64,000 bases of DNA, from positions 32,361,978 to 32,425,977 of the forward strand of contig NC_068984.1 of NCBI RefSeq assembly GCF_001194135.2, written 5' to 3'. Below are positions 36,992 to 49,489 of the stretch, in pieces. How positions within the stretch are numbered: the first letter of the stretch is position 1; each line of letters starts with the position of its first letter. A model generated the notes under the pieces. The model did not search any database. It was not told the DNA's origin and saw only the letters and a list, made by a program, of their open reading frames with translations. Source of the DNA: Octopus bimaculoides (Eukaryota). The position numbers and the translations under genes were made by a program.

Positions 36992-37524
36992 TTGAAAATG
37001 TTCGTTATAGGTATACAGATACTATAAAAATTGTAAAAATGGAGAAAAGATGTTAAAAAATCAAAACTAGATTTTATAAAAACATACGAACGTTTCAAAG
37101 GCCAATACAAATATTTTAGGAAAAATTATAATAATAATACTTATAATTAAAGTTATTGTCATTGTCATCAGTGTGAAGAGTTTAAAGAAAAAACATCCAA
37201 GGAAGATATTACTAAAAATCAAGAAGGGAAAATTTAACCGGATATTTGCAAATAAGTTGTAATAGAGAAAAATTAAGAGAAACAAAAAAGAGGGAGATGT
37301 CAATGTGTATGTAAGTCTATTATCTTAAACTCTTCACACTGATGAGAATGACAATACATAACTTTAATTACAAGTATTATCATTATAATTTTTTCTGACA
37401 TATTTGTATTGCCCTCTGAAACGTTTGTATGTGTTTATTAAATCTAATTTTGACTTTTTAACATCTTTCCTCCATTTTTATAATTGTTTATGGTATCTTT
37501 ATAAACTATAACGAACTTTTTCAA
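36992..37524. repeat. long inverted repeat (fold-back), ~195-bp arms, ~140-bp spacer
   Basis: 36992-37186 aligns with the reverse complement of 37325-37524, e.g. catcagtgtgaagagtttaa / ttaaactcttcacactgatg. Confidence 0.88.
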
Positions 37525-37768
37525 TTGTTATTTTCATATTCCTATTGCTTACTCTAGCAGGATATTTCTGAATATGATAAAACTTTATTAGAAGTTATTT
37601 TCTTTCTTTTTGGACTCTTCAAAAAGTTTGAATTATTCTACTTGAACCTATTCTCACAGATGGTGCCCAACTGAAACCTACTATACTATGTAGTTGACAA
37701 AATCAAAGCAAACAATGAGCATGCATGGGATTAGAAATAGAAAATGATGACAATTTACCCATCGCATC

Positions 37769-37769
37769 C

Positions 37770-37833
<64 letters not shown>

Positions 37834-37927
37834 CATATATGTGTGTGTGTACACATGCATATATATATATATATACACACACACACATATATCTATCTAT
37901 ATACATACATAAATATAAATATATAAA

Positions 37928-37988
<61 letters not shown>

Positions 37989-38008
37989 CTATATATATAT
38001 ATATATAC
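37769..38008. repeat. compound (TA)/(CA)/(TG) microsatellite
   Basis: Seen directly. Confidence 0.95.
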
Positions 38009-38664
38009 TGGGGTGGGGAAAAATGCAAAGATACAAACTTATGTTTTCACATAAAAAATGTTTAGAGCCGTAAAAAATATTTTAAAATTTGTAGATGTTA
38101 TCAGAAGTGAGTTTTCTGAGAAACAAAAAATAGAAACATAAGTAAATTATATTTTTTCATTGGTTTACACTGTTTGCAGTCTATCAATATTTACCATACA
38201 TTCTTCAATACAATTTCTAGCCTATATAGTGGATGAAACTCATGGGATCAATTTCAAATAGTAATGTCACTTAAGTTGATTTGGAGATAAGGGATATAGC
38301 AGTTAGTTTGTGTGCTTCATGTATGCATGTCTGTGTGTATAGAAGAAATTTAGCTAAGCATAAGTTCATATCATTTGTTCCCTATGTACTGATGTCGTTT
38401 GTTGCAACCTCTGCATTGGAGGTTCTGAGTGTAACTGGTTTCTAAAACACAACAGATCACCAGGGAAGCATTATATAAACTTGTGTTTATAACAAATGAT
38501 ACAAACTTGTGTTTATCATAATTTTTCTTACATTTGCTCAGTGTATTGTATGTCATCTCTACATAATCATGCATCTTGAAAGAAATGGCAATGAAATTTC
38601 TTCAGATGGACCTTACCATTTTGAAAATAGAAAGACATATTGTATAATTGGAATTCCTTTTAGC

Positions 38665-38955
38665 ACCTTGTGGAGCATAGGGCCAGTTTCCCGGTTTCCA
38701 TGGCATATGTGCTCCCCACTAGCTGGACGGGACGCCAGTCCATCACAGCTTTTTACTCAAGAAACAGGAAGAAAGAGTGAGAGAAAGATGGGGTGAAAGA
38801 GTACAGCAGGGGTCGCCACCACCCTCTGCCGGAGCCTTGTGGAGATTTAGATGTTTTCGCTCAATAAACACACACAGCGCCCGGTCTGGGAATCGAAATC
38901 ACGACCCTCCAACCACGAGTCAACTGCCCTAACCACTGGGCCATTGCTCCTCCAC
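38665..38955 (-). mobile_element. SINE family D (tRNA head), short-tail variant
   Basis: Minus strand aatggcccagtggttagggcag...tttcgattcccagaccgggc (A and B boxes), same head and core as 57733. Confidence 0.88.
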
Positions 38956-39139
38956 ATATTGTATAATACAGTTCTAAAATTATTGTCGGTCAGCTTAACT
39001 GGGGAAGGCCTGAGAACAAATAGTACACACACACACACAGGCATGTATATATAGATACACAAGCTAATGCATATATAGACACACACACATGTATATATAG
39101 ATACACACACACACACATATATGTCACAGTACTGACCAA

Positions 39140-39400
39140 GCCATCAGATGCTGCTATAAACCACTGGTTATTATGCATTTTCAATTCTGTCCTGATTGTG
39201 CCATTCTTTTCCATCTTGGCACAAATTTTGTAATTAAATCACTTTCCCATCATTGTGGAGGCCTGTACAAGTGGCCTTTTCTGATCTCTTGGATATCGCT
39301 TTGCAACAGCATGTGTCCACCTGTTGTCTGTGAATTCAGTGGCATGTCTGACCCAACAGAACTTGCCCTCTTGGTACTTTGCAATCACATACATTGTTCC
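39140..39400 (-). mobile_element. RTE-clade LINE 3' fragment (different subfamily)
   Basis: Minus strand: KFCWVRHATEFTDNRWTHAVAKRYPRDQKRPL, like RTE W..HV.R.TDNRWT..V..W.PR..KRP.GRP. Confidence 0.75.
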
Positions 39401-39484
39401 ATTCCATTCTCAAATTATCTCATTTTGAATGTGCTCTCATAAAAATATGTATATATATATATACATATATATATATGTATATAT

Positions 39485-39885
39485 NNNNNNNNNNNNNNNN
39501 NNNNNNNNNNNNNNNNNNNNNNNNNNNNNNNNNNNNNNNNNNNNNNNNNNNNNNNNNNNNNNNNNNNNNNNNNNNNNNNNNNNNNNNNNNNNNNNNNNNN
39601 NNNNNNNNNNNNNNNNNNNNNNNNNNNNNNNNNNNNNNNNNNNNNNNNNNNNNNNNNNNNNNNNNNNNNNNNNNNNNNNNNNNNNNNNNNNNNNNNNNNN
39701 NNNNNNNNNNNNNNNNNNNNNNNNNNNNNNNNNNNNNNNNNNNNNNNNNNNNNNNNNNNNNNNNNNNNNNNNNNNNNNNNNNNNNNNNNNNNNNNNNNNN
39801 NNNNNNNNNNNNNNNNNNNNNNNNNNNNNNNNNNNNNNNNNNNNNNNNNNNNNNNNNNNNNNNNNNNNNNNNNNNNNNNNNNNNN
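39485..39885. other. assembly gap (N run)
   Basis: N run. Confidence 1.
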
Positions 39886-40174
39886 TTATATACCTATTTG
39901 GTCAGTATTTTTAATGTATTTCGTGTTACTAACTATTTCAGCTACCAATATATGAAAGAAATCATGTTGCAATGTAAATATGTGTGTGAAAATATTGCAC
40001 TTAGTTTTTTTATAAATTTTTTTTTTTTTTGCAAAACTGATTTCATTTATTATATAAACCATATTTTGATGGCTTTTTTTTCTTTGCATAACTGATTATA
40101 TTGTTTGTATAACATATAGCTCCATCCTCCTCTTTCACATGTGTGTGTGTGTATGTATATATATATATATACAT

Positions 40175-40217
<43 letters not shown>

Positions 40218-40298
40218 ACACAACTGAATGAGCAAACGAACAGAAGTGGCACCCAGCACATATCATTGAAGCTGGAGTTCATTATTGTCTTTCTCTCC

Positions 40299-40333
<35 letters not shown>

Positions 40334-40379
40334 AATATATATATATGCACATGTAAGTATATAGTTGAAATTTATAAAA

Positions 40380-40530
40380 AAAAACAAAAGACGAAGACAG
40401 GTGTATGAATGACAAGCAATTGCATTAGCTTGATGCTTGGGAAAATGTAAAAGTCTTTTGCATTTCAAGCTTATGCTCTTCAACAGAAAGGAATAAAAGA
40501 AAATAAACAGAGAGGGAATGAAAATAAGAC
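40380..40530 (+). repeat. interspersed repeat, Penelope-terminus-like
   Basis: aaaacaaaagacgaagac...tttcaagcttatgctcttcaacagaaag, also at 41340-41500. Confidence 0.55.
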
Positions 40531-40597
40531 ATAGATTTCACCAGTTCAGCATGTATGTATATGTGTGTGTGTATATATATATATATATGTATGTATG

Positions 40598-40830
40598 TAT
40601 ACACAGACATGCAGAAAGTAAATAGACACCTTTAATTTTCAAAATTTCTGATCTAAGCACCTTAATGTTTTCAGCGGTGTAGAATTTACAATGTAGTTAT
40701 TCTTTTTCATTTTCGGTGCTATTATATTAAATATTTGCGAAGAGTAACCATGCCATGCACAAAAAAAATTCAGCAGAACTGTCAGATTTTCAAAGAGGTC
40801 ATATTGTTGGGCAATCTGAGGCTTGTGTTC
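40598..40830 (+). mobile_element. Tc1-like transposon 5' fragment
   Basis: TIR-like tacac...aaagtaaatagacacc; MPCTKK~NSAELSDFQRGHIVGQSEA with one frameshift resembles the Tc1 N-terminal ELSDF.RG.IVG. Confidence 0.6.
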
Positions 40831-41017
40831 ATTTGTATTCATTAATGTAAGAGAGACAGAATGGTTGCATGGATGTGGTCAGTTTTTTTTAAATTAAAAT
40901 TCCAGATTTTTTTATTTAGCTGCATATGATTGTGTTTGAAACAGGATTTTAAAGTATGATTTTAAATACAAATAGTTATGATTTTAAATACAATCTAAAA
41001 AAGTTTAAGCAAGGTAA

Positions 41018-41166
41018 ATACTTCTCAATTATAAATGTGATCTGAATTTTTTTTTTTTTCTATCATAAATATGATCTGCATTTCTTGNNNNNNNNNNATA
41101 CTTCTCAATTATAAATGTGATCTGAATTTTTTTTTTTTCTATCATAAATATGATCTGCATTTCTTG
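41018..41166. other. 70-bp duplication flanking a 10-N gap (assembly overlap artefact)
   Basis: Identical sequence on both sides of 41088-41097 except for poly-T length. Confidence 0.85.
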
Positions 41167-41339
41167 AATTTCTCTTATCGACATATTTCCAAATCAACCG
41201 TTTGATTTTGGTGAGAAATTTATTAAATATAGTTCCATTGTCTTCCAGGAGTTTGGGTCATTCCTTCAGCATTTATAGAAGTGGAAGATCTTCAAATTTT
41301 TTTCTCCACATATTTCCAAATGTTTTGTCAGTGGAATTT

Positions 41340-41500
41340 ACGAGAAAACAAAAGACGAAGACGGGTGTGTCAACAATAACCAGATGAATTAGTTTCACGC
41401 TTGGGAAGTGAGAAAGTCTTTTATGTTTCAAGCCTACGCTCTTCAACAGAAAGAAACACAGAAATAAACAAGGAGAGAAAATAGAAAAAGGTATAGTGGC
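41340..41500 (+). repeat. interspersed repeat, Penelope-terminus-like
   Basis: Second plus-strand copy of 40380-40530. Confidence 0.55.
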
Positions 41501-42583
41501 TAGCGATCTATATACTTCCCTAAATTTAATAGACAAAAGGTATATATACATCTCACTCTTTCTTTCCCTCTCTCTCTCTCTATATATATGTATGTATATA
41601 TATGTATATATGTGTGTGTGTATGTATATATATATATATAACTAATTTAGAGACGAACCACCACTCTACAACTCAGAAACCATCCAAATCCATGCTGTGA
41701 GGCATATACCATCTTAATGTATCTAATATTTTAATCTAAAAATTTAAATTAAATAACATATTACATAAATAAATCATATAAATATAACATAAATATATTG
41801 ATTTAAAAAATTTCAAAGTCAAATTTATAAATTGGACAGTAAAAATTAATACGATAATATACAGTATGGAAGTATAAATGTGAAAAGTTAGTGCTAGTAC
41901 ATAGACTATACGCATTCCATGGCTAAAATAGGACGATATAAAATCATAAGCAAATTCTATCCGAGTTCATTAGAACGGAGAAATGATTTTACTCCCCAAA
42001 TCAGTCACTCTTCAGATCAAATCCCTAAGAAAATACCTAAAATCATTCAAAGAATAAACATAAACATGAAAAATAAAAATATATATAAAGAGACAAAATC
42101 TGTAAACTAATCCCTACATTAACGGTATTGATATAATTATTAAGAGTTACAATCTAAAAATATTAAAGTATTATAGTAAACAAAGTTAAAACATTATGGA
42201 ATAAGTAGATAATAGTAAAAAATGTGTTAGTGTACAAAGTTACTAAAAGACGGATGTCAATATTGTTTATAAAATTAAGATAAGAAAACATGACTTATCT
42301 GCCGGCTGATAACTGTAGATTAAAAAAAAATGGCTGTGCTATAGAATTTATACTAAAAGGTCACGTGATAAATATGGCGTCTATTACCCAGAAGTCCATG
42401 CGTATTATAATTACTAAAATAATAACGAAAATATCGAAAAAGAAAATCTACCTAAAATAAAACCTTTCTTGATGAATAAAAATACTAAAATACTTAAACT
42501 TGCAAATTAACGCAGAGTAATAACTATAACCATACGAAAATTCTATATTACGTAAATAATGCTATGAAAATTAATACTGCAAA

Positions 42584-42603
42584 GTCACGTGATAAACATG
42601 GCG
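42584..42603 (+). promoter_or_regulatory. E-box (GTCACGTGA) abutting a YY1-like AACATGGCG motif; second copy at 42360-42379
   Basis: Motifs seen directly in a CpG-retaining AT-rich island; promoter role is inference. Confidence 0.5.
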
Positions 42604-42616
42604 TCCATTACCAGAG
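42598..42616 (+). CDS. candidate first coding exon: ATG GCG TCC ATT ACC AGA G (MASITR, phase 1)
   Basis: AAAC-ATG start context followed by a perfect AG|GTAAGT donor; no confident second exon found. Confidence 0.42.
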
Positions 42617-43129
42617 GTAAGTACGTGTTATAATTACTAAAATAATAACGAAAATATCGAAAAAGAAAGTCTACCTAAAATAAAAAGTTTATTGAAAATT
42701 AATAATACTAAAATACTTAAAACTCTCAGATTTACGCAGAATATAACTATACTAAATACGAAAGTTATATATTACTTAAATAATGTTATGAAACATTGTT
42801 AAAGACTGCTCATATTATCGTTGTATACTTAAAGTAAAGGTAGTTATATGTTCCAATTTTGTATAATATTGTGATGATTAAAATGTATTTTAAAGCTAAT
42901 TTGATGTATTCTACGATACTAATCATAACTATAAGTTTGTACCTAATACTAGGTTTAAATAAATAAATTAGTTATCTAAACCTATTATATAAGTAATTTA
43001 ATTTATGTCTGCATTTAATATTACGTTCATCGTGGGAGTGAATAATTTTTTATTAGTTAATAACATCTCTTTAAATTCGTTAGTGCATAATAAGCAGAAT
43101 TTATTCCCTATCCTATGCGATTTAGTATT

Positions 43130-43862
43130 ATGAAGATCTTGTTTCACACGCGGTGTTGCTTGTTTACCAGGGCTAAGCCATTCCTTATTGATTTACAGGC
43201 ACCATTTTTCGTCGCCAGTAACAATTCGGTAAAGAAATCATTACTTGTGTCCATGAGTTGAGCAGTGACGAGCAAGCAAACCAGCGGAGATTGTGGCTCA
43301 TTGATTTTTGTTGTTATCACTTAAAGCATGCGGAACCCATGCTCCATACTTCTGAACCTTTCCCATCGAGTGAAGATGCTTCTCTATAGCAGTGTGGGAG
43401 CATTCCATTTTCTCTGTTAGTTCCCTTATCTTTTGACGAGAATTTTCATGCAAAAGTTGGTTTAATCGCTCTACATCGAACTCAACTGGAAGCCAGAACG
43501 AGGTGCGTCTTTGAGGTCAAAATCTCCATTTTTGAACTTGGCATACCAATCCTGAGCATTTCTTTCAGCTATGGCACCCTCTCCATACACAGCACAAATG
43601 TTGCGGGCAGCTCTTGTGGCCTTAGGACTTTGATTAAAAGCAAAAAGAAGGAGGTGTCTAAAATGCTCGTTTTTCTTAACTTGACATTCCATTTTAATCA
43701 TCTGCAAATAAACAAAAGTTAAGTAAAATTAACTAGAGAAAAAACAAAATAGATTTCTAAATGATTCAAAAATAGAATTCTCGAAAAAATAGATTGCAAA
43801 ATTTAGAAACGCAATAAATTACAAAATTTAAAAATACGACAGGAACTTAGTTGTCAATCCAA
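43130..43862 (-). mobile_element. mariner transposon, 5' part (TIR, HTH, first catalytic Asp), truncated and inactivated
   Basis: ta|ttggattgacaactaagttcc TIR; MECQVKKNEHFRHLLLFAFN...WYAKFKNGDFDLKDAPRSG, then after a frameshift GAWVPHAL...RIVTGDEKW...SPGKQATPRVKQDL. Confidence 0.92.
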
Positions 43863-43975
43863 TATACACACTGGTATGATACATGCACATGTGCATACAT
43901 GCTTGTATACATGTGCGTGGATATATGTGTATTTATATAAGTGTGTATGCGTATATATATATATGTGCGTGTGTG

Positions 43976-44013
<38 letters not shown>

Positions 44014-44449
44014 TAAAAATAAAAAAGTATAAAAAAGGATTTTGTATGATCGTGTATAGAAGAATATATCATTTAAAAAAGTTCTATACATATATATATG
44101 GTGAGAGAGAGAGAAAGAAAATTACTTTTTCCTTTTTCAAAAATATATTTACACACACACATATATATACACATATATATAAATATATATATACACACAC
44201 ATATATAAACACACACACATATATATATATATGCCTATATGTATACATGCAAGCATGTGTGTGTATACATATACATATATGTATGTATATATATACATAA
44301 ATATATAAAGAGAGACAGAGAAAGAGTGAAAGATATTGACTAATGAACTCCAACTATATGTGCTGAGTACTGCTATTGTTAGGTTTGTTCACTCATGTAC
44401 ACACATACATACATTCATCCGAGATCCGAGCCATTGATGGGAAAACCTG

Positions 44450-45760
44450 AAAAATACTAACAAGCACACCTAATTTCCACATAAACAGTGATGTAAACCA
44501 CCTCTACCTAAAACGTGAACAAGGTGGTAGAGGCTTAAGATCCATCCAAAATGCTTTTGAATGTCGATCATATCTCTTCAGCAATATCTTTTAACCACCA
44601 AGTGTCAAAGTGCATCCTTTGACCAAGCTTGCATACATAAGGCTGATAATATAAAACTTGGATGGCGGCTCCTTGAGCAACACTCTTTATCTGATAACCT
44701 AGAATACATGCCCAAAAAAGTCACACGACTCTACCACAACATATAAAAGATGAAAGGGTGAGCCTGTATGAACAGAAGACTATGTATGGATATGTTAGTA
44801 TAAAGCTCCGTGATGATAGTAACATCGATCATTAAAGCAGTTTATCATGGATGAGTAGCCGGATTACTACCTTCCACTTTGAAGGGTATGTGTTAGCAAT
44901 CCAAGAACAGGAAATATCAACCATCACCTGATGCACGATAGGGATAAATAAGTGGGAAAAGCTATAAAATGTCACAGCTGATGCAGACTTTCCAGAGTTC
45001 ATACTGAAAATATCCTCCACATCATAAGCAGTTGTTCGAAAATGTCATCATGTTATTATCTACTGATGAGGCTAGATGTTGTAACTTGGACACTCTATAA
45101 TGAAATCTGTCAAAAGGATAATCCTGAGGACAAAGAAATAAAGACCCACATAATGGTAGAAGCCATAGCCACTCATAATGGAAAAGAATATGGTGGGATG
45201 TACCAGTGAAAACTTCAATAAAATGTAAGCACAACAGACCTGATATAATGATTTGGGATTGAGAAGAGAAACTGTGCACAGTTCTGGAATTTAGCTGCCC
45301 AGCAGATGTTAACATAAAGCTGAAGATCGGGGAAAATAAGAACATCTATGCTGAACTATTGAGAAATCTGCAGTTACTCTATCAATATTACAAGTTCAGG
45401 TTTATACGTGTAATTATTGGGTCCCTGCGATATGTAACACACTACCTAAATACCAATCTTGAGAAATTAGGCTTCTCAAAACCAGAAAGGAGAAAGCTAA
45501 TTCAAAGACTACTGATCCAATCCATCACTAGAACTGTGAAAGTCTGTAAAACTTTCCAGAAGTTTATCATTTAAATATATGTATGAGCATGTCTAGATAT
45601 GTAACTATATGCATGAGAATACATACATAAAACATACAAATCTGCACATACATACATGCATACAAAAATACTCTGTTGTTGATGTTGAAATTCCAATGAA
45701 GGAACCTTGGATCTAAGTTAGAAACTGGTTCTTTCTCTATTGCCAAGAAATCTTGAAATG
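44450..45760 (+). mobile_element. RLE-type (R4/Dong-like) non-LTR 3' portion
   Basis: LYLKREQGGRGL, EGYVLAIQEQEIST, KCKHNRPDIMIWD*EEKLCTVLEFSCPADVNI...SITRTVKVCKTFQKF; frameshifts and stops; 3' UTR. Confidence 0.9.
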
Positions 45761-46702
45761 GACTGAATAGTGACATACATATATACATACATATTCAAAT
45801 ACCTTGTTGAATAAAATGTACCATTTTTAAAGAAGTAAAAAATAAAAAAGAATAAGTTTTTATTTTGTTTTGTGATTATTGATAAAAATGTTGGTCTTCG
45901 TAGCTTGAATAGTTTCATTTCTGATATACAGAATAGAAAATTCAACCAATCAATCAATGAAGTAAACAGTATAGAAATAGAGTTTTGGGATGTTGGAAAG
46001 TTACATTGTAGAAATAATGGTAGTGTGTGATTAGAATTTATATGAAATTATTTCTAACAATAGATTTCGTGAGGTGAGGATGATCCTAAAACTTGATTGT
46101 AATAGTAGATGAACGAATGGTTTATGACAACAATGGTGTCATAAATCATGTTGGTGTGTAAGATATTTGATGTTGACAATATTGGAGCTGTTACTTTTAG
46201 CTTCACGTCAGCTCAAGACAGGCTTTCTGTGCATTCCAGAAAAAAAGTGTCCCAACTTTTTCATTGGATCAGTGCTGCCAGAACTGTATTATCCAATATA
46301 TTTTCCTTCTCTAACAGATATTCGAGGGGGATTTGGCTACATTTACCATCTGACGAAGAGACTGTGTTGAGATTCCCTAACTGATGGAGGTAAAGTAGTT
46401 AAGTTTTGTTGTAGCTGTAATTTCTGCTTACATTTAACACTGACTAAGCAGGAAAGCCTTCAAACTCTGACCATTCTCTGTTTCTAAAGATATGTAAAAC
46501 TACATAATGTAATGTATTTTGGATTCTTACTAAAGATAGTTAGGACTTATTTGAGGGAGCTGTGGTAGCTATCCATAGAGTAATCATTATTTAAGTGTGA
46601 TGTGGCAGCTATCCACAGCAGATCAAATGGTGGCCTTATAGAGTCTTCTTTGTTCAAGAAGTGAAATAGCAAAGTAATTTTAGGTGTTGAATTAGTGAAC
46701 TG

Positions 46703-47805
46703 GCGTAATTTGGAGAATATTTGGCAGCTATTTTGAACAGGTTGAGCAACTGTTTAAATACTTGAAAAATAAACTATTCATTTCCCTTTCTCCATCATCT
46801 CCTTCATCTACTATGTAATTATATGCATCAAAACTCAAATAATTCATATACATCTAGCTGGGTGTCTTAAAGAATACAATTTCCTACTTGATAATAAGAG
46901 TAGAAATTAATATCATTAAATAATATCAATTTCAACCAGTGGTCAGCATACTTAAAAAAAACGTCTGAGGGCTGTGAATTTTATTTGAATATAAACAATA
47001 GAAGAGACCACTAAGTGGATCCCTTGTATGCTAAAAATAGATGTCAAACCATCTTACAACAAAATCTGTGTTCTCAAATTAGCAAGATGCTAGATGTTTA
47101 TGAGCTAGACAAATGAAAAGAAATAAACATAGCACATAATTCCATTCCTTAAAGTTTTGACATGAACAATTCAATAATTGTCTGTGTCTCCTCAGTGAAA
47201 TCGGTGCAGCCACAACAATGGAACTGGACAGCACCCATCTCCATGAGAGGATATGAATGTATAAAGTTCCAATACCCTGTATTTTAAGTTTGATTCAAAT
47301 TCTCTCGTACTAGCACACTAATTTCCTACTTGCTTTTCTGTTTGGTGTGCAGTCATCCTTTGTTAGAAATATTCGTGTAAAAATGTCCAAATTTCTGCAA
47401 CTAATCCATGTTAGTTTTATAAAAGATGAAAATGAGAATGAATATTCTATAAACATTATTTATCTCTTGTTATTGTTGCTACTGTTCTGTTGCTGTTGTT
47501 GTTGTTCCTACTAATTTGTCACAGTCTGCTCTTTTCCTTGAGCAGAATTTTTACTTTTCGTTTTCCTGCTGTTGCAATCGTATTATTTTTCAGTCTCTCA
47601 AACTACAATTTCTTATACTCTCATCCTTATTGTTAAGATGATTGAGCGTAATTTGGAGAATATTTGGCAGCCATTTTGAACAGGTTGAACAACTATTTAA
47701 ATACTTGAAAAATAAGCTATTCCTTCCCCTTTCTCCATCCTTTGACATCTCAGTTATCTCCTTCATCTACTACATAATTATATACATTATGACTCAAATA
47801 ATTAC
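46703..47805 (+). repeat. local direct duplication of ~150 bp (46703-46850 and 47646-47805)
   Basis: gcgtaatttggagaatatttggcagc.attttgaacaggttga.caact.tttaaatacttgaaaaataa...atctccttcatctact in both copies. Confidence 0.85.
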
Positions 47806-48499
47806 TGCGAATAACTTATAATTCATTTGAGGTTAAATATAGATGTATGATAGAAGGGATGAACAAGGCTTGATTTGCATGAAAATTTCTAAAAATCATC
47901 TTCTTTCATCACCATCAGAGTAACAACTATTCAAGATATAAAGCAATAACAGATAAATGAATAGTAGCAGTTAAATATTTATTAAAGTGTTCATTCATAA
48001 AAATAGCCCCCCCCCCAAAAAAAAAGAAAGAAAGGAAAAATCATATTTTATACGCTGTTAAAAATATTGTTATGTTTAATGTTTATTTGCTGTTTTTTGT
48101 TTTCTTTCATTTTTTTTGCGACCTCAGGTCAAATTTTTGTAAATGGTCTGCGTAACGAGGCATTCCTTCATAAAACTTGACAATATCTCATTAATCTATT
48201 ATTTTTGTGGTCCAATTAAATACATTCTGCTATTACTGATAGGAAAAGCAAAAGAAAATAAAAACAAGGCAACAAAAATGCTAATACTGTTACCTCTCTA
48301 GATATTTGGAATTACTTTCCATTTTAATCTGTCATAATATATTTTGATGTGATATACATTTGTGTGTAGGTGAATCTAACTCTCCATCTACGTCTCTCTC
48401 TTTATCTATCTATCACTCAATCTATCAATCAATCAATCAAACAATCTATCTATCTATCTATCTGTCTATCGATTTATCTGTCTGTCTGTCTGTCTTCAT

Positions 48500-48830
48500 C
48501 ATCATCAATTAACATCCATTTCAATGCTGGCGTGGGTTGGGCAGTTCAACAGGGGCCAAAATATCAGAAGACTGCGCCAAGTTCCAATATCTACTTTGGC
48601 CTGGTTTCTACAACTAGATACCCTTCCCAATGCCAACCATTTTACAGAGGCTATAAAGTACTTTTTCGTGGCAGTAGTGCTAGTGAGGTCAATATATAAT
48701 TCGAGACAAGGACCCTCAGCTAGTTGGGGGAGGTAGTTTTATGCCAGATAATGAGGTTAAAGTATGATAGAAGAACAGAACAGATGTCTTGTTGTAGAGA
48801 AATATGATGGTGATGAAGCATCAGAGTGTA
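48500..48830 (-). mobile_element. RTE LINE 3' end variant
   Basis: catcatcatcaattaacatccatttcaatgctggcgtgggttgg...gatacccttcccaatgccaacc. Confidence 0.65.
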
Positions 48831-49400
48831 CCCTCAAGTTACAGCAAAATGAATATAAGATGAATTGAACAGAGGATCAGACAGGGTAGTTGACTTGATA
48901 AGTTTCTGAGAATATGAAAAGACAGAGGCAGATGATAGAGATAGGGATAAAGGTGAATGCAGTGAATAATGAACACGAGTGCAGACATGATCAGCGGTAA
49001 GAGTATGGAGGAAATAGGGATAATAAATAGCGGCACAGATGATGTGAATTATTGTGTAGGAGGTCTGAGTGAGATACACACTATGCCAGGGGCAAGGTCA
49101 TGGGGTTATAAGGGTGGAAATAGTGGCTGATAAAGAGTGGTACAGGAATGGAATTAGCAGAATGAGAGGGTGAAAAGAGGGAAGGGTGAAATGGGTGTTC
49201 AGTAGAGAATGAAATGGTTCAGGATATTATGAATGTGGGTGACAAAGAGAGTGGTTCCAGGGAGAGTGATAACTGATAGCACAGGAGTAAACATGCAATA
49301 TCCACAGTTCTTCTCTCAGATGAGCGAATAATACTTTAATCAGAAGAGTAATGAAGGAGTAACAACTGTTAAGAAGATGAATTGATTTTTTTATTAACAA
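48830..49400 (-). mobile_element. decayed CR1/L2-like LINE 3' fragment
   Basis: Pyrimidine-rich minus strand with RTVDIACLLLCYQ resembling RR.VA.L.LFY; similar to 25640-26030. Confidence 0.4.
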
Positions 49401-49489
49401 TAAAGACTTAACACAGAGTGGAGTTAAGAAAATGAACTATGTGAGAGAGACTCATCAAGGGCACAGTCATAAAGGATGTGCTTTTAAGG

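Larger units (their letters stand above)
42357..42800 (+). repeat. tandem duplication of a ~224-bp unit
   Basis: Both units start gtcacgtgataaayatggcgtc and share ttataattactaaaataataacgaaaatatcgaaaaagaaa.tctacctaaaataaaa. Confidence 0.93.

Noticed and set aside
41650-42800. Possible mitochondrial insertion (NUMT) because of extreme AT content and tandem repeat
   Set aside because: No recognisable mitochondrial gene, rRNA or tRNA sequence; a BLAST against the mitogenome would settle it.
46318-46389. Strong acceptor (ttttccttctctaacag) and donor (G|gtaaag) as a possible exon 2 for MASITR
   Set aside because: All three frames contain a stop within the 72 nt.
47130-47285. Minus-strand QFHCCG resembling the tetraspanin CCG motif
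   Set aside because: No flanking tetraspanin residues or transmembrane exons, and weak splice support.
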